From the NCBI GenBank assembly GCA_040384445.1, contig JAZKJG010000001.1, positions 7,650-71,649 of the forward strand: a stretch of DNA of 64,000 bases, read 5' to 3'. The position numbers and the translations under genes are program-made. Source of the DNA: Patescibacteria group bacterium (GTDB taxonomy: Bacteria; Patescibacteriota; Minisyncoccia; Phycocordibacterales; CAIZLB01). The notes under the pieces are model-generated. The model was not told where the DNA came from and searched no databases. It saw only the letters and a list, made by a program, of their open reading frames with translations. This document shows positions 25,271-35,662 of the stretch, one piece after another (within the stretch, counting starts at the first letter, position 1; each line of letters starts with the position of its first letter).

Positions 25271-28200
25271 ATGGGTACATTTATCATAAAGCACGTTCAG
25301 AAAAACTGTAAAAAGTTTTTAAAAACTTTCCTTATCTTAGGATTGTTTTTAATGTGTTTTACTGCATATAGTGTGGTATATGCTGCGTTTAATCCTCAGA
25401 TAAATTACCAGGGAAAACTTACAGATGCTTCAGGTAACCCTGTTGCAAATGGAACATACAATATTGAATTTAAATTGTATACAGTTTCAAGTGGTGGAAG
25501 TCCTATTTGGACAGAAACAAGAACTGGAGGAGATAAGGTTACAATTACAAATGGACTGTTCAGTGTGATGCTTGGAAGTGTAAATTCAATTTCAGGAATT
25601 GATTTTAATCAACCATTATATCTAGGGGTAAATATTGGAGGAACAGGTTCACCATCTTATGACGGTGAAATGACTCCTCGAAAAACTTTCGGTACTGTAC
25701 CTGCATCATTTGTTGCACAGACACTTGAAGGATATCGAGCGATTCAATTTTTGCGAAGTGATGTTATAAATTCAACAAGTACAGGAGCTACGTTTTTAAA
25801 ACTTGAGCAAGCTGGAGCTGGAGCGATTGCAGAATTTATTGGAAATACTTCATCAACAATTCTTGGAATATATTCTGCAGGAGGTGGAGCTGTTGGAATT
25901 GGAACAACAACTCCAACAGAGAAGCTTACTATTGCAAATGGAAATTTGTTACTACAAGGAGAATACGGTGTGAAATGGACAGGAGGTTCTCAACTGTACG
26001 AACAAACTGTTGCAGGGGCTGGAGTTGATAGAATGATTTATCGACCTAATGGAGATCGATTTGATGTTATCGATGAAGCCGGTTCAACGTTCATGGCATC
26101 ATTCAATGTAAGTAATATACAGTTGTTTACTGCAGGTGTTTCAAGATTGTTTATTGATTCTTCAGGAAACCTTGGTATTGGAACTACGACCCAAACAGAA
26201 AAACTCACAATCGCAGGAAACATCAACCTCACCGGTGCATTCAAATCAAACGGAAACGCCGGAACACTGGGACAAGTATTACAAACAACAGGAACTGGGG
26301 TGCAATGGGTTGCAACATCAACTCTTGGAATATCAGGCGGATCACTCTCAGGTGGAACTAATGGGTATCTATCACGATGGACAAGTTCCTCAACTTTGAG
26401 TACGGGATTATTTCTAGACAATGGAACTGTAGCGGGAATTAACGCAACATCTTCATCATACACATTTAATGTAAAAGGATCAGGAGCGCTCGGTGCCTTC
26501 AATGTTGCGTCGTCGACTGGTACTTCGCTCCTCAACGTGAGGGCGAATGGGTATGTAGGAATCGGAACAAACGCTGCTGCATATCAGCTGGATGTAAAAG
26601 CTGATACTTCTGGCATTACTAACGTACTGAACCTAAGTAGTTCTATGACAGGGGCTGGAGATGGTACAGGAATTCTATTCTCTAGTTCTGAGGGAAGTCT
26701 ACATGCGCGTATACGAACCAGTGCCTATACAGGTACAACAGCAGGTTTAATATTCGAAGTAACCCCTTCAACTGATACCTTAACTGAAGCACTGCGTATC
26801 ACAGATACTGGAAATGTAGGAATCGGAACAACAACTCCATCTGCAAAACTAGATGTATGGGGAAATTTGAAAGTAGGAACATCATCAACACCAATTTTGT
26901 TTGCAAACACAGCAACAGGAAAAGTTGGTATTGGAACAGTATCGCCAGCGCATACATTAGATTTGGGAGGAGTAAGTCCGACTTTAAATGTTGGGTTATA
27001 CGGAGGGGGAGGTGCTGCAACTATTCGTATGTTGGGGGAAGCATTGTTTAGTTTCTCTGGTGGAACAGTCGGATCAACTATTGCAATAGGCTCTGCTGAT
27101 ACTTCTGTTGATTTTGACCTTGCGTTCCATGCAGGAGGATCGAACAGAATGTATATAGATGGGGCGACTGGTAATGTTGGAATCGGAACAACAACATCAG
27201 TAGAACTTCTCACAATTGCAGGAAATCTCAACCTCACAGGTGCACTCAAATCAAACGGAAATGCAGGAACTCTCGGACAAATATTACAAACAACAGGAAC
27301 CGGAGTACAATGGGTTGCTACATCATCATTAGGTATTTCAGGTGGAGGAGGATCGGGAACTGTAAACTCTGGACTTCTTGGTCAAGTTGCTTTTTATAGT
27401 GCAAATGGAACAGCGGTTTCAGGAACTTCAACATTGTTTATCACTGGTGAAAAGATTGGAGTTGGAACAACGACTGTAACAGAAAAATTAGTAGTCGATG
27501 GAAATGCTCTTATTACAGGATTACTAAAAGGTGGTACTTCTGCAAATATTAATTTAAATGGACTGTCTAATAACGGTGTAGATTTTAACTATTTAAATGG
27601 AGGTATATTTCGTACTGCAGAAACAAGTATTGCAGGAACAAATGATATATTCTTCCAAGGAGTTCCTGCTACTACTGCTGGATATACCTATCTTGAAGCA
27701 TGGCAATCTGCTGGTTTGATTTTAGGAACGGGAAATTCAACTGCAATTATTTTCAAACCAAACAGAACTGAATACATGCGACTTACTGGAACTGGTGATT
27801 TGGGAATTGGGACATCTACTCCAATTGCAAAACTTGCAGTTACAGGAACAGGAACAACAACAGGTAAAGCTTTCGTTGTTGCAAACTCAAACAATACTCC
27901 GATATTCACAATGCTTGATAATGGAAATATTGGAAATGGTGTAGGCGCTGACCCTGTATCATGGGATTTCCATATACAAAGAACTGGAAATTTGTACGCA
28001 ACCCTACAAAGTTCAACAGGACATTCTACCCTTCGTCTTGTGAGTGCCACAGGGTTGAGCCCCACTCTTCATTTTGGTGACGGGTCAAGTAATCGATGGG
28101 ACGTTGTTTCAAATGGTTCAAACTCAGGAAACCTTGAGTTTAATTCATATTCTGTAGGAAATGTAATGAGTCTAGGTTTGACAACTGGACTTGTAGGAAT

Positions 28201-31200
28201 CGGAACATCTACTCCATCCGCAAAACTGGATGTATGGGGAAATTTGAAGGTAGGTACATCATCAACTCCAACATTGTTTGTAAACACTGCAACAGGAAAA
28301 GTTGGTATTGGATCTTCAACTCCGGTAAGTAAACTTTCTGTTGTGGCATCATCAGGGGTAGCTGTGACATTTGAAAATACAGCAACATGGTCAGGTTCAG
28401 AGTTTGCACTTGATGTAAAAGGTTACTCAAACTTAAGTGGACTCAGGATTAATGCAGCTGACGGAATTAATGCACTCTACAACGGGGCAAATACAACTCT
28501 GGGATTTACAAATAATCAAGGGTATCCAATTACGTTTTCATCATGGAATGGCACAGTAACTGAATTGATGAGAATTGATACAACAAGTGGGAAGATTGGA
28601 ATTGGAACTTCAACAGCAACGGAAATTCTTTCTGTCGCAGGAAATATCAACCTCACCGGTTCATTCAAATCTAACGGAAACGCAGGAACTCTTGGACAAG
28701 TGTTACAAACAACTGGAACAGGAGTACAGTGGGTTGCAACATCATCACTTGGAATAACGGGTGGAGGTATATCAGGAACTGTAAACTCAGGGCTGCTCGG
28801 TCAAGTTGCTTTTTATGATGCCAACGGAACAGTGGTTTCAGGAACTTCAACATTATTTATTACTGGAGAAAAACTTGGTATAGGAACTACAACTCCTGGA
28901 TACAAACTGACTGTTGACGGAGATGTGTGGCTTGGAACTACGACTCTTGCAAATGGTAATCTTGTTATTGGTAAGGATGGCTCTGTTGCATCACGAGGCA
29001 TGCTCCACTCTATTTTCCTTGGGAAAGATTCTGGAACATCTACAGCTGCTACTGGTAATTCAAACTTCTTCGGAAATGGTGCAGGACAATATGCAACAAA
29101 CGCAGATAACTCAAACTTCTTTGGATCTGGAGCAGGAGAATCTGCTACTGAAGCAGCAGGATCAAACTTCTTTGGGGCAGTGGCAGGAAGTGGAGCAACA
29201 TATGCAGCAGGATCAAACTTCTTCGGAGCTGGAGCTGGATTCTCTGCAACAGAAGCTGCATACTCAAACTTCTTCGGAGAAAATACAGGAAGTTTTGCGA
29301 CATATGCTGACAACTCAAACTTCTTTGGTGCCGCTGCAGGAAACAATGCAACAAATGCATCATCATCAAACTTCTTTGGTGCTGCCGCTGGAGACAGTGC
29401 TACAAATGCTTTCAATTCAAACTTCTTTGGAAGATTAGCTGGAGCCGGCGCAGCTAATGCAGCAAACTCAAACTTTGTGGGTTATAACGCTGGAAATAAT
29501 TCAACCAACGCTGCACTCTCAAACTTCATTGGATACAATGCTGGTAACGATGCAACAAACGCATCGTCATCAAACTTCATCGGATTCCTTGCTGGAATGC
29601 AGGCGACAAATGCATCATCATCAAACATTTTTGGATCATATGCAGGTTACCAATCAACGAATGCTGCCTACTCAAACTTCATCGGATATGGTGCAGGACA
29701 GTACGCAACAAATGCACGTAACTCTAACTTCCTAGGACTAGGAGCTGGAGGAGGAGCTGCAGGTGCATATGATTCAAACTTCTTTGGTGTGAACGCAGGA
29801 TCAAATACAAATGCATTTAGATCAAACTTTATGGGATATGAAGCAGGAAGTACTGCAACAAACGCAACCTACTCAAACTTCACTGGATATTATGCTGGAT
29901 ATGGTGCAACCAATGCAAATGACTCTAACTTTATCGGTAGAAATGCGGGATACAATGCAACAAACGCATCAACAACTAACTTCATAGGATATAATGCAGG
30001 ACAAAACGCAACGAATGCAAACTTATCAAACTATATTGGGTACTATGCAGGAAATGGAGCAACAAACGCTTCAAACGTGAATGCACTTGGTGCATATGCA
30101 GGTCAAAATGCAACGAATGCCTCAAACTCATTCTTCGTAGGATATCAAGCAGGAAATAATGCAACAAATGCAAACATGGTAACTGCTATTGGATATCTTG
30201 CAGGATCTGGTGCATCTGATGCCATATTCTCAAACTTCTTTGGATATGGAGCCGGACAAAACGCAACAAACACATCAAACTCAAACTTCTTTGGAGCTAG
30301 TGCAGGGTCAGGAGCTTCACAAGTTTCAAACTCAAACTTCTTTGGGGTAAGTGCAGGTAGTGCTGCAGTAGGTGCAAGTGCATCAAACTTCTTTGGATCT
30401 GGAGCAGGACAAAACGCAACTAACGCAGTATCTTCTAACTTCTTTGGATTTTCAACAGGATCTGGTGCAACCAATGCAATATTCTCTAACTTCTTCGGAC
30501 AATATGCAGGTCAAAATGCAACGAATGCTTCGTACTCAAATTTCTTCGGATTCAATTCGGGATATGGAGCAACTACTGCCCAGAACTCAACATTTATGGG
30601 TCCACAAGCGGGATATCAGGCTGCTAATGCTAATAATGCAATATTCCTAGGGCAAAACTCAGGATACAATGATACGGTAAATAACTCAACCAACTGGAAG
30701 TCTTCAATCCTTATTGGAGATTACACATCAACTGGAGGTTTCTCAAACTCAATCGCTATCGGTCAAGGTACAAAAAACAGTGCAACAGAGCAATTAAACT
30801 TAGGGGGCTTGATTTATGGACTGGGAATACGAGCAACAACAACACCAACTGCCACTCCTGTTTCTGGAGGTCTTGTAGGTATTGGAACTTCAACTCCAGG
30901 AACTATACTTACAATTGTTGCAGATGCTTCTGTTGATAGTGGTTTGTCGGTTATCGGTAACAATAATGGTTTCTTCGAAGGTAATATTCAAAACTTAAGT
31001 TCAGGAGTAAATGCCTCATCTGATTGGGTGGCAACAGCAAATAACGGAGATGATACCATTCATTACATTGATATGGGAATCAACGGTAGTGGAGGAGGAG
31101 CTGCACCATTTACAGGTGCTAACCAGGCGTACCTGTATTCTGTAAGTGATACACTCAACATTGGAGCATTAGGAACCGGAAATACTGTTAACTTCTATAC

Positions 31201-32719
31201 AACTGGTGGAACTTCTCCAGTAGAGAGAATGCGGATTGATAGTTTTGGAAATATTGGAATTGGAACCACAACTGTTCCTGCTTCACTATCATTGGCGAGC
31301 GCAACAACAACTGGTGATGCAATCTCAGTTCATGGACCATTAGGAACGAAACTTTTCAGTGTAAAACTTATTGCTCAAAACTTCGGAGGGCTTGTTGAAT
31401 CAGGAGCATTTATGGGTAACAACTCATTTTTTGCAGAAGAGTTTAACGTAGATACTGCGCTTATCAGTGCTGACAGTGCAGCGATTGGAGATAACGGAGG
31501 TATGTATTTTGATACAACATCTGTTACGTCAACATATTCAGCTACAGACTTCATTGGTGGATACGGAAGACTTGTGGCAAGTACCACAACGGGTGTTGGT
31601 GGATTGATTGGTTTTGGAAATGCTCAGAACAACCTTAGTTTAATGTTCTCTAAAGCAAACTTACCTGTTGTACAGATGAAAGTGAGAACAAATATTAACA
31701 ACACAACAAACGATACTTTTTGGGGGCTTATGGACCAGGCTACTGCTCCAACTGCGAACGACACGGCTCCAGCAAACGGTATATATTTCTGGAATAACAA
31801 CGCAGCAGGAGGATGGCAAGGGGTTGTGCGAAGTGGAGGTGCAAACGTAGGTACAGTAACTTGTCCAGGTGCTATCAGTACTACACAGTTTGCAATAGGA
31901 AGAATTCAGGTAGAAAGTACTTCAACCGTACGATTTTTGATTGATAACGATATTACAACTGACGGAGTTAATATGGTGGATTGTGGAACTGTGACAGGGG
32001 CAAACCCTTCTGCAGCTCTTGGAATCGCACTGTATAATATTCATACAGAAAACACTGCGACAGCAAGAAATATTGATATTGATTATATGCGAGTGTGGCA
32101 AGATGATGCGTCAACATCCTCAGATGAATCACTTGCAGGAGATGTTTCTTCAACTCCAGAAAAACTTACACAGTTCCTAGATAATGGATATCTTGTAGAC
32201 GGACTTGAATTAATGGGCAGAATTCAATCTGAAGATCAAAAAAATGTACTGGAAATTATTACGGATAAGGTGAAGAAAAATATGGAAATAGTTTCGGAAT
32301 TTGTGGCGCTTCGAGTTGTGGCAATGCGAGGATATTTTGAGGAGGTATTTACAAAGAAAATCCACACTGAAAAAATGTGTCTGAAGAAATCAGATGGTTC
32401 TGAGTATTGTGTAAATGGAGATGAGTTGCAATCAATCATGGAAGGAAAGGGTGTGGTGGTATCACCAACAACGAACCAGCCTGAAAATGTAGCCCCTACC
32501 TCTACGTCAACTTCAGATTCAGTGAGTGGTGGGGCAGCAACAAATACTGCTAACGAAGATCCTGATAGTTCCTCACCAACGGTGCAAGAGACTGAACAGC
32601 TCCCTCCTCCATCTGAAACTGTTCAGGAGCCTGCGTTTGAGCCCGAACCAGCACCAGCATCAACACCTGAACCTACTCCAACTTCGACACCAGAAGCTGC
32701 CCCTGCTCCAACAGAGTAG
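25271..32719 (+). CDS. Giant secreted repeat protein 2 (2482 aa), paralogous modules to giant gene 1, distinct C-terminal domain, Pro/Thr/Glu-rich tail
   Basis: Uninterrupted 7.4-kb ORF. Signal peptide/TM. The N-terminal domain is alignable with gene 1 (IDFNQ.L...V..G......PR..FGT). Segments 26190-26510 and 30700-30880 are ~90% identical at nt level to 14440-14790 and 19560-19740. ~32 copies of the 17-aa repeat. No SD.RLK-type chaperone block. Confidence 0.9.
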   Translation: MGTFIIKHVQKNCKKFLKTFLILGLFLMCFTAYSVVYAAFNPQINYQGKLTDASGNPVANGTYNIEFKLYTVSSGGSPIWTETRTGGDKVTITNGLFSVMLGSVNSISGIDFNQPLYLGVNIGGTGSPSYDGEMTPRKTFGTVPASFVAQTLEGYRAIQFLRSDVINSTSTGATFLKLEQAGAGAIAEFIGNTSSTILGIYSAGGGAVGIGTTTPTEKLTIANGNLLLQGEYGVKWTGGSQLYEQTVAGAGVDRMIYRPNGDRFDVIDEAGSTFMASFNVSNIQLFTAGVSRLFIDSSGNLGIGTTTQTEKLTIAGNINLTGAFKSNGNAGTLGQVLQTTGTGVQWVATSTLGISGGSLSGGTNGYLSRWTSSSTLSTGLFLDNGTVAGINATSSSYTFNVKGSGALGAFNVASSTGTSLLNVRANGYVGIGTNAAAYQLDVKADTSGITNVLNLSSSMTGAGDGTGILFSSSEGSLHARIRTSAYTGTTAGLIFEVTPSTDTLTEALRITDTGNVGIGTTTPSAKLDVWGNLKVGTSSTPILFANTATGKVGIGTVSPAHTLDLGGVSPTLNVGLYGGGGAATIRMLGEALFSFSGGTVGSTIAIGSADTSVDFDLAFHAGGSNRMYIDGATGNVGIGTTTSVELLTIAGNLNLTGALKSNGNAGTLGQILQTTGTGVQWVATSSLGISGGGGSGTVNSGLLGQVAFYSANGTAVSGTSTLFITGEKIGVGTTTVTEKLVVDGNALITGLLKGGTSANINLNGLSNNGVDFNYLNGGIFRTAETSIAGTNDIFFQGVPATTAGYTYLEAWQSAGLILGTGNSTAIIFKPNRTEYMRLTGTGDLGIGTSTPIAKLAVTGTGTTTGKAFVVANSNNTPIFTMLDNGNIGNGVGADPVSWDFHIQRTGNLYATLQSSTGHSTLRLVSATGLSPTLHFGDGSSNRWDVVSNGSNSGNLEFNSYSVGNVMSLGLTTGLVGIGTSTPSAKLDVWGNLKVGTSSTPTLFVNTATGKVGIGSSTPVSKLSVVASSGVAVTFENTATWSGSEFALDVKGYSNLSGLRINAADGINALYNGANTTLGFTNNQGYPITFSSWNGTVTELMRIDTTSGKIGIGTSTATEILSVAGNINLTGSFKSNGNAGTLGQVLQTTGTGVQWVATSSLGITGGGISGTVNSGLLGQVAFYDANGTVVSGTSTLFITGEKLGIGTTTPGYKLTVDGDVWLGTTTLANGNLVIGKDGSVASRGMLHSIFLGKDSGTSTAATGNSNFFGNGAGQYATNADNSNFFGSGAGESATEAAGSNFFGAVAGSGATYAAGSNFFGAGAGFSATEAAYSNFFGENTGSFATYADNSNFFGAAAGNNATNASSSNFFGAAAGDSATNAFNSNFFGRLAGAGAANAANSNFVGYNAGNNSTNAALSNFIGYNAGNDATNASSSNFIGFLAGMQATNASSSNIFGSYAGYQSTNAAYSNFIGYGAGQYATNARNSNFLGLGAGGGAAGAYDSNFFGVNAGSNTNAFRSNFMGYEAGSTATNATYSNFTGYYAGYGATNANDSNFIGRNAGYNATNASTTNFIGYNAGQNATNANLSNYIGYYAGNGATNASNVNALGAYAGQNATNASNSFFVGYQAGNNATNANMVTAIGYLAGSGASDAIFSNFFGYGAGQNATNTSNSNFFGASAGSGASQVSNSNFFGVSAGSAAVGASASNFFGSGAGQNATNAVSSNFFGFSTGSGATNAIFSNFFGQYAGQNATNASYSNFFGFNSGYGATTAQNSTFMGPQAGYQAANANNAIFLGQNSGYNDTVNNSTNWKSSILIGDYTSTGGFSNSIAIGQGTKNSATEQLNLGGLIYGLGIRATTTPTATPVSGGLVGIGTSTPGTILTIVADASVDSGLSVIGNNNGFFEGNIQNLSSGVNASSDWVATANNGDDTIHYIDMGINGSGGGAAPFTGANQAYLYSVSDTLNIGALGTGNTVNFYTTGGTSPVERMRIDSFGNIGIGTTTVPASLSLASATTTGDAISVHGPLGTKLFSVKLIAQNFGGLVESGAFMGNNSFFAEEFNVDTALISADSAAIGDNGGMYFDTTSVTSTYSATDFIGGYGRLVASTTTGVGGLIGFGNAQNNLSLMFSKANLPVVQMKVRTNINNTTNDTFWGLMDQATAPTANDTAPANGIYFWNNNAAGGWQGVVRSGGANVGTVTCPGAISTTQFAIGRIQVESTSTVRFLIDNDITTDGVNMVDCGTVTGANPSAALGIALYNIHTENTATARNIDIDYMRVWQDDASTSSDESLAGDVSSTPEKLTQFLDNGYLVDGLELMGRIQSEDQKNVLEIITDKVKKNMEIVSEFVALRVVAMRGYFEEVFTKKIHTEKMCLKKSDGSEYCVNGDELQSIMEGKGVVVSPTTNQPENVAPTSTSTSDSVSGGAATNTANEDPDSSSPTVQETEQLPPPSETVQEPAFEPEPAPASTPEPTPTSTPEAAPAPTE
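29060..30670 (+). repeat. Array of ~32 17-aa (51-bp) SNFFG..AG..ATNA repeats inside giant gene 2
   Basis: Same periodic motif as 16030-19520. Confidence 0.9.
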
Positions 32720-32724
32720 TGGAG

Positions 32725-32920
32725 AAATATGGGTGGTATGGTAAAATATAAGGGTCTCCTAATAGTCGGCTTAGACCTTTCTTATCGGGGAGTCTACCGT
32801 AGTTAAAGAAACCGTGGTTTCTTTCTCGCGACACCCACCTAGCTTAAACACTAGGTCCGACTACTTGGGAGGCTTTATCAATACTTACTTTATGTTATAT
32901 TAAGTACTGATAAAGCCTAT
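32725..32920 (+). ncRNA. Candidate structured RNA / cis-regulatory leader of unknown class upstream of the VanZ-like gene
   Basis: GC content (~47%) is above local background. Perfect hairpin aaagaaacc-gtg-ggtttcttt (32806-32826). Hairpin cctag-cttaaaca-ctagg. Long-range complementarity ctcctaatagtcggc (32756-32770) with gtccgactacttgggag (32864-32880). 16-bp hairpin ggctttatcaatactt / aagtactgataaagcc ending 3 nt before the ATG at 32921. Confidence 0.35.
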
Positions 32921-33331
32921 ATGACACCAGAGATATATTCATGGAAAAAACCATTTTTTAGCGCAGCAGCATGTTTATTTGTGCTATTGATATTGAACGA
33001 TGTTGCAGTTCAACTTGCTTTATATTGGGGATACAAATGGCTTGATATACCATTTCATTTCATTGGAGGATTTGGAGTAGGTTTGGCAAGTATTGGACTA
33101 CTACGGATCGCATTTCCAGGTGAAAAATATATAAATAGTCCTCAGCTTTTATATACTGTACTTCTTACATTGTTTGTTGGTGCTTCATGGGAAGCAGTAG
33201 AAACGTATTATGACGTGTCTGTTCTCTTTGGTGGAAATTTCTGGTTTGATACATATAAAGATTTGCTTATGGATACACTTGGTGGGATACTTAGCTACAT
33301 ATGTTTCCATCCGCGCAAAAAAAATCTGTAA
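32921..33331 (+). CDS. VanZ-like family small membrane protein (136 aa)
   Basis: Four predicted TM helices. C-terminal WEAVE...DTYKDLLMDTLGGILSY matches the VanZ E..Q...R...D.LaNtlGa.lG motif pattern. Confidence 0.5.
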   Translation: MTPEIYSWKKPFFSAAACLFVLLILNDVAVQLALYWGYKWLDIPFHFIGGFGVGLASIGLLRIAFPGEKYINSPQLLYTVLLTLFVGASWEAVETYYDVSVLFGGNFWFDTYKDLLMDTLGGILSYICFHPRKKNL

Positions 33332-34728
33332 ATACAGAGACACAAGAATCAGCCGAAATTACATTTTGTGGAGGAGTGTCCTCAGTAACAGGAGCAAATT
33401 TTCTGCTCAATATTAAAAAACAAGGTACTCAAAAAAAGATACTTGTAGATTGTGGTATGGAACAGGGAAGTGAGAAAGCAAAGATTTATAATGCATCTCC
33501 ATTTATATTTGATCCAAAAGAAATCGAAATACTTCTTGTAACTCATGCACATATGGATCATATTGGACTCATTCCAAAACTTGTTCGACATGGCTTCAGA
33601 GGTGTTATATATAGTACTCCTGAGACCCGAGACTTGTGTGTGTTTATGCTTGATGATGCACTAAAATTAGTTACCCAAGAAGCAGAAGAACATCATGTTG
33701 ATCCTCTCTATGAGGCAGAAGATTTAAAGCTTGCATTTACACTGTGGAAAACAATCCCATACCATACTGAGTTTAGTTTAGGTGATGATGTGAATGTGTA
33801 TCTCAAAGATGCAGGTCATGTCCTCGGGTCATCAATGTTCGAGATTCGTGTACCTTTAAACGGTATCACGCGTAAGTTTTTGTTTACAGGTGATCTTGGA
33901 AATAGTCCATGTCCGATTTTAAAAGATACTGAATCAATAGAAGGAGTTGACTATGTTGTTATGGAAAGTGTGTACGGCGATAGAAATCATGAAGATAAAG
34001 CGGAGCGACTGCAGAAATTGCAAATGAATATCGAAGATATTATCGAACGAAACGGAGTGTTGCTTATCCCATCATTTTCTCTCGAAAAAACACAAGAGGT
34101 ACTTTTTGAAATAAATAAATTATTCGAAGATGGACATGTCCGAGAGATTCCTGTATATCTCGATTCACCACTCGCAAGTAAGCTGCTCCCTATTTATAAA
34201 AAATATACAAAAGATTATAATAAAGAAGCAACAGACAGAAGAATGAAAGGTGATGATATTTTAAATTTTAAAACACTTAAAATTATCGGGAGTGCAGAAG
34301 AATCAAAGGCAATAAAGTTTTCTAAAAATCCAAAGATTATTATGGCAGGTTCAGGTATGTCTACTGGAGGAAGAATTATGCACCACGAATTAAATTATCT
34401 TGATGATGACAATACGATTATCTTATTCATGGGATTTCAGGCGCTTGGAACCTTAGGACGTCAGATTCGGGATGGTGAAAAAAACGTACGAATATATAAT
34501 CATGATGTACATATTCGGGCTGAGATTCGTACAATTGACGGGTATTCAGGGCACAAGGATTCTGATAACCTTCAGGAGTTTGTTTCTACTGCTGCTGATA
34601 CTGTGAAAAAAATCTTTGTAACTATGGGTGAGACAAAATCAGCGCTCTTCTTAGTACAGCGCCTCAGAGACTATCAGGGACTTGATGCGATGCATCCTGA
34701 ACAAGGTCAGACAATTGTGCTACATTAA
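33301..34728 (+). CDS. MBL-fold metallo-hydrolase, beta-CASP ribonuclease family (475 aa)
   Basis: [17 protein letters not shown]...ILVDCGM motif 1. HAHMDHIG (HxHxDH) motif 2. Length and C-terminal domain consistent with beta-CASP RNases. The start overlaps the preceding gene by 31 nt, so a later start is possible. Confidence 0.8.
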   Translation: MFPSAQKKSVNTETQESAEITFCGGVSSVTGANFLLNIKKQGTQKKILVDCGMEQGSEKAKIYNASPFIFDPKEIEILLVTHAHMDHIGLIPKLVRHGFRGVIYSTPETRDLCVFMLDDALKLVTQEAEEHHVDPLYEAEDLKLAFTLWKTIPYHTEFSLGDDVNVYLKDAGHVLGSSMFEIRVPLNGITRKFLFTGDLGNSPCPILKDTESIEGVDYVVMESVYGDRNHEDKAERLQKLQMNIEDIIERNGVLLIPSFSLEKTQEVLFEINKLFEDGHVREIPVYLDSPLASKLLPIYKKYTKDYNKEATDRRMKGDDILNFKTLKIIGSAEESKAIKFSKNPKIIMAGSGMSTGGRIMHHELNYLDDDNTIILFMGFQALGTLGRQIRDGEKNVRIYNHDVHIRAEIRTIDGYSGHKDSDNLQEFVSTAADTVKKIFVTMGETKSALFLVQRLRDYQGLDAMHPEQGQTIVLH

Positions 34729-34736
34729 TATCGTAC

Positions 34737-35612
34737 ATGACCCCTGCTCAGATACAATCAAGAATAGATGAAATAGAGCTTGCAATGCTTGAGAGTGATT
34801 TTTGGGTGGATAGCATAAAGGCTCAAGGGATCATGAAAGAATTGCAACAACTGAAAGCAGATCTTGTTGCTGGAGATTTTTCTCAAGTTGATGCAATCGT
34901 GAGTATTATATCTGGTGCAGGAGGTGACGATGCAGAAGATTTTGTAGGAATGCTTTTTTCAATGTATCAAAAGTTTTGTCAGAAAAATGGATGGGGGATG
35001 AGTATACTTCATGATCAACCTAATACTCTTGGAGGATATAAACAAATCATGTTTGAAATAAAAGGCAGGGGATCATATGGAATATTAAAAAATGAATCAG
35101 GTGTTCATCGACTTGTGCGAACATCTCCGTTTAATTCAAAAGGATTACGCCATACTTCTTTTGCACTTGTTGAAGTAGTTCCAAAACTTGACAAGGTGCT
35201 TGACGATTTCAAGTTGGATGAAAGTGAATTAGATATCACAACTCAGAAAGCTGGAGGCCCTGGAGGACAAAACGTAAACAAAAGAGAAACGGCAGTGCGT
35301 ATTGTTCATAAGCCAACAGGTATTTCTGTTCATGTTACAACTGAACGAGCACAAGCACAAAACAAAGAAAAGGCACTTCATATTATCCAAGCAAAACTTT
35401 TGAAAAAAAGAGATGATGATATGAAAGCAAAAGAAAAAGGATTGTCGACTACTGCGCATATTCAAATTGAGTGGGGATCACAGATTAGATCGTATGTGTT
35501 GCATCCATACAAGATGGTGAAAGATCATAGAACAGAATATGAGACAAGTTCGGTGGATGATGTTCTTGAGGGTGATATTGAAGGATTTTTGGAGGCTGAG
35601 AAGGGGTTGTAA
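34737..35612 (+). CDS. prfB: Peptide chain release factor 2 (short form, 291 aa, no frameshift site visible)
   Basis: SPF tripeptide ([10 protein letters not shown]) and GGQ motif ([10 protein letters not shown]). The start lies 8 nt after the upstream stop, so no room for a frameshifted leader. Confidence 0.85.
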   Translation: MTPAQIQSRIDEIELAMLESDFWVDSIKAQGIMKELQQLKADLVAGDFSQVDAIVSIISGAGGDDAEDFVGMLFSMYQKFCQKNGWGMSILHDQPNTLGGYKQIMFEIKGRGSYGILKNESGVHRLVRTSPFNSKGLRHTSFALVEVVPKLDKVLDDFKLDESELDITTQKAGGPGGQNVNKRETAVRIVHKPTGISVHVTTERAQAQNKEKALHIIQAKLLKKRDDDMKAKEKGLSTTAHIQIEWGSQIRSYVLHPYKMVKDHRTEYETSSVDDVLEGDIEGFLEAEKGL

Positions 35613-35623
35613 AATAAAAAACA

Positions 35624-35648
35624 CCTCACCTGGATTGAACAGGTGAGG
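35624..35648. terminator. Bidirectional intrinsic terminator between convergent prfB and the 35663-36214 gene
   Basis: Perfect 9-bp stem cctcacctg/caggtgagg, 7-nt loop. A-run upstream (T-run on minus strand) and T-rich tract downstream. Confidence 0.6.
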
Positions 35649-35662
35649 GAAGTTTGATTTTG

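Noticed and set aside
26038-30474. Antisense/alternative-frame ORFs inside giant gene 2 (for example 26725-27249, 28813-29415, 28914-29438)
   Set aside because: Same reasoning as above. They are shadows of the repeat-rich main frame.
32725-32920. tRNA or SRP RNA in the intergenic region after giant gene 2
   Set aside because: No T-loop consensus or cloverleaf. No SRP domain IV motif. Structure is instead multi-hairpin with a start-proximal sequestering helix.
34700-34760. Programmed +1 frameshift site (CUU UGA C) for prfB
   Set aside because: No such motif, and no upstream partial ORF. The gene starts 8 nt after the preceding stop.
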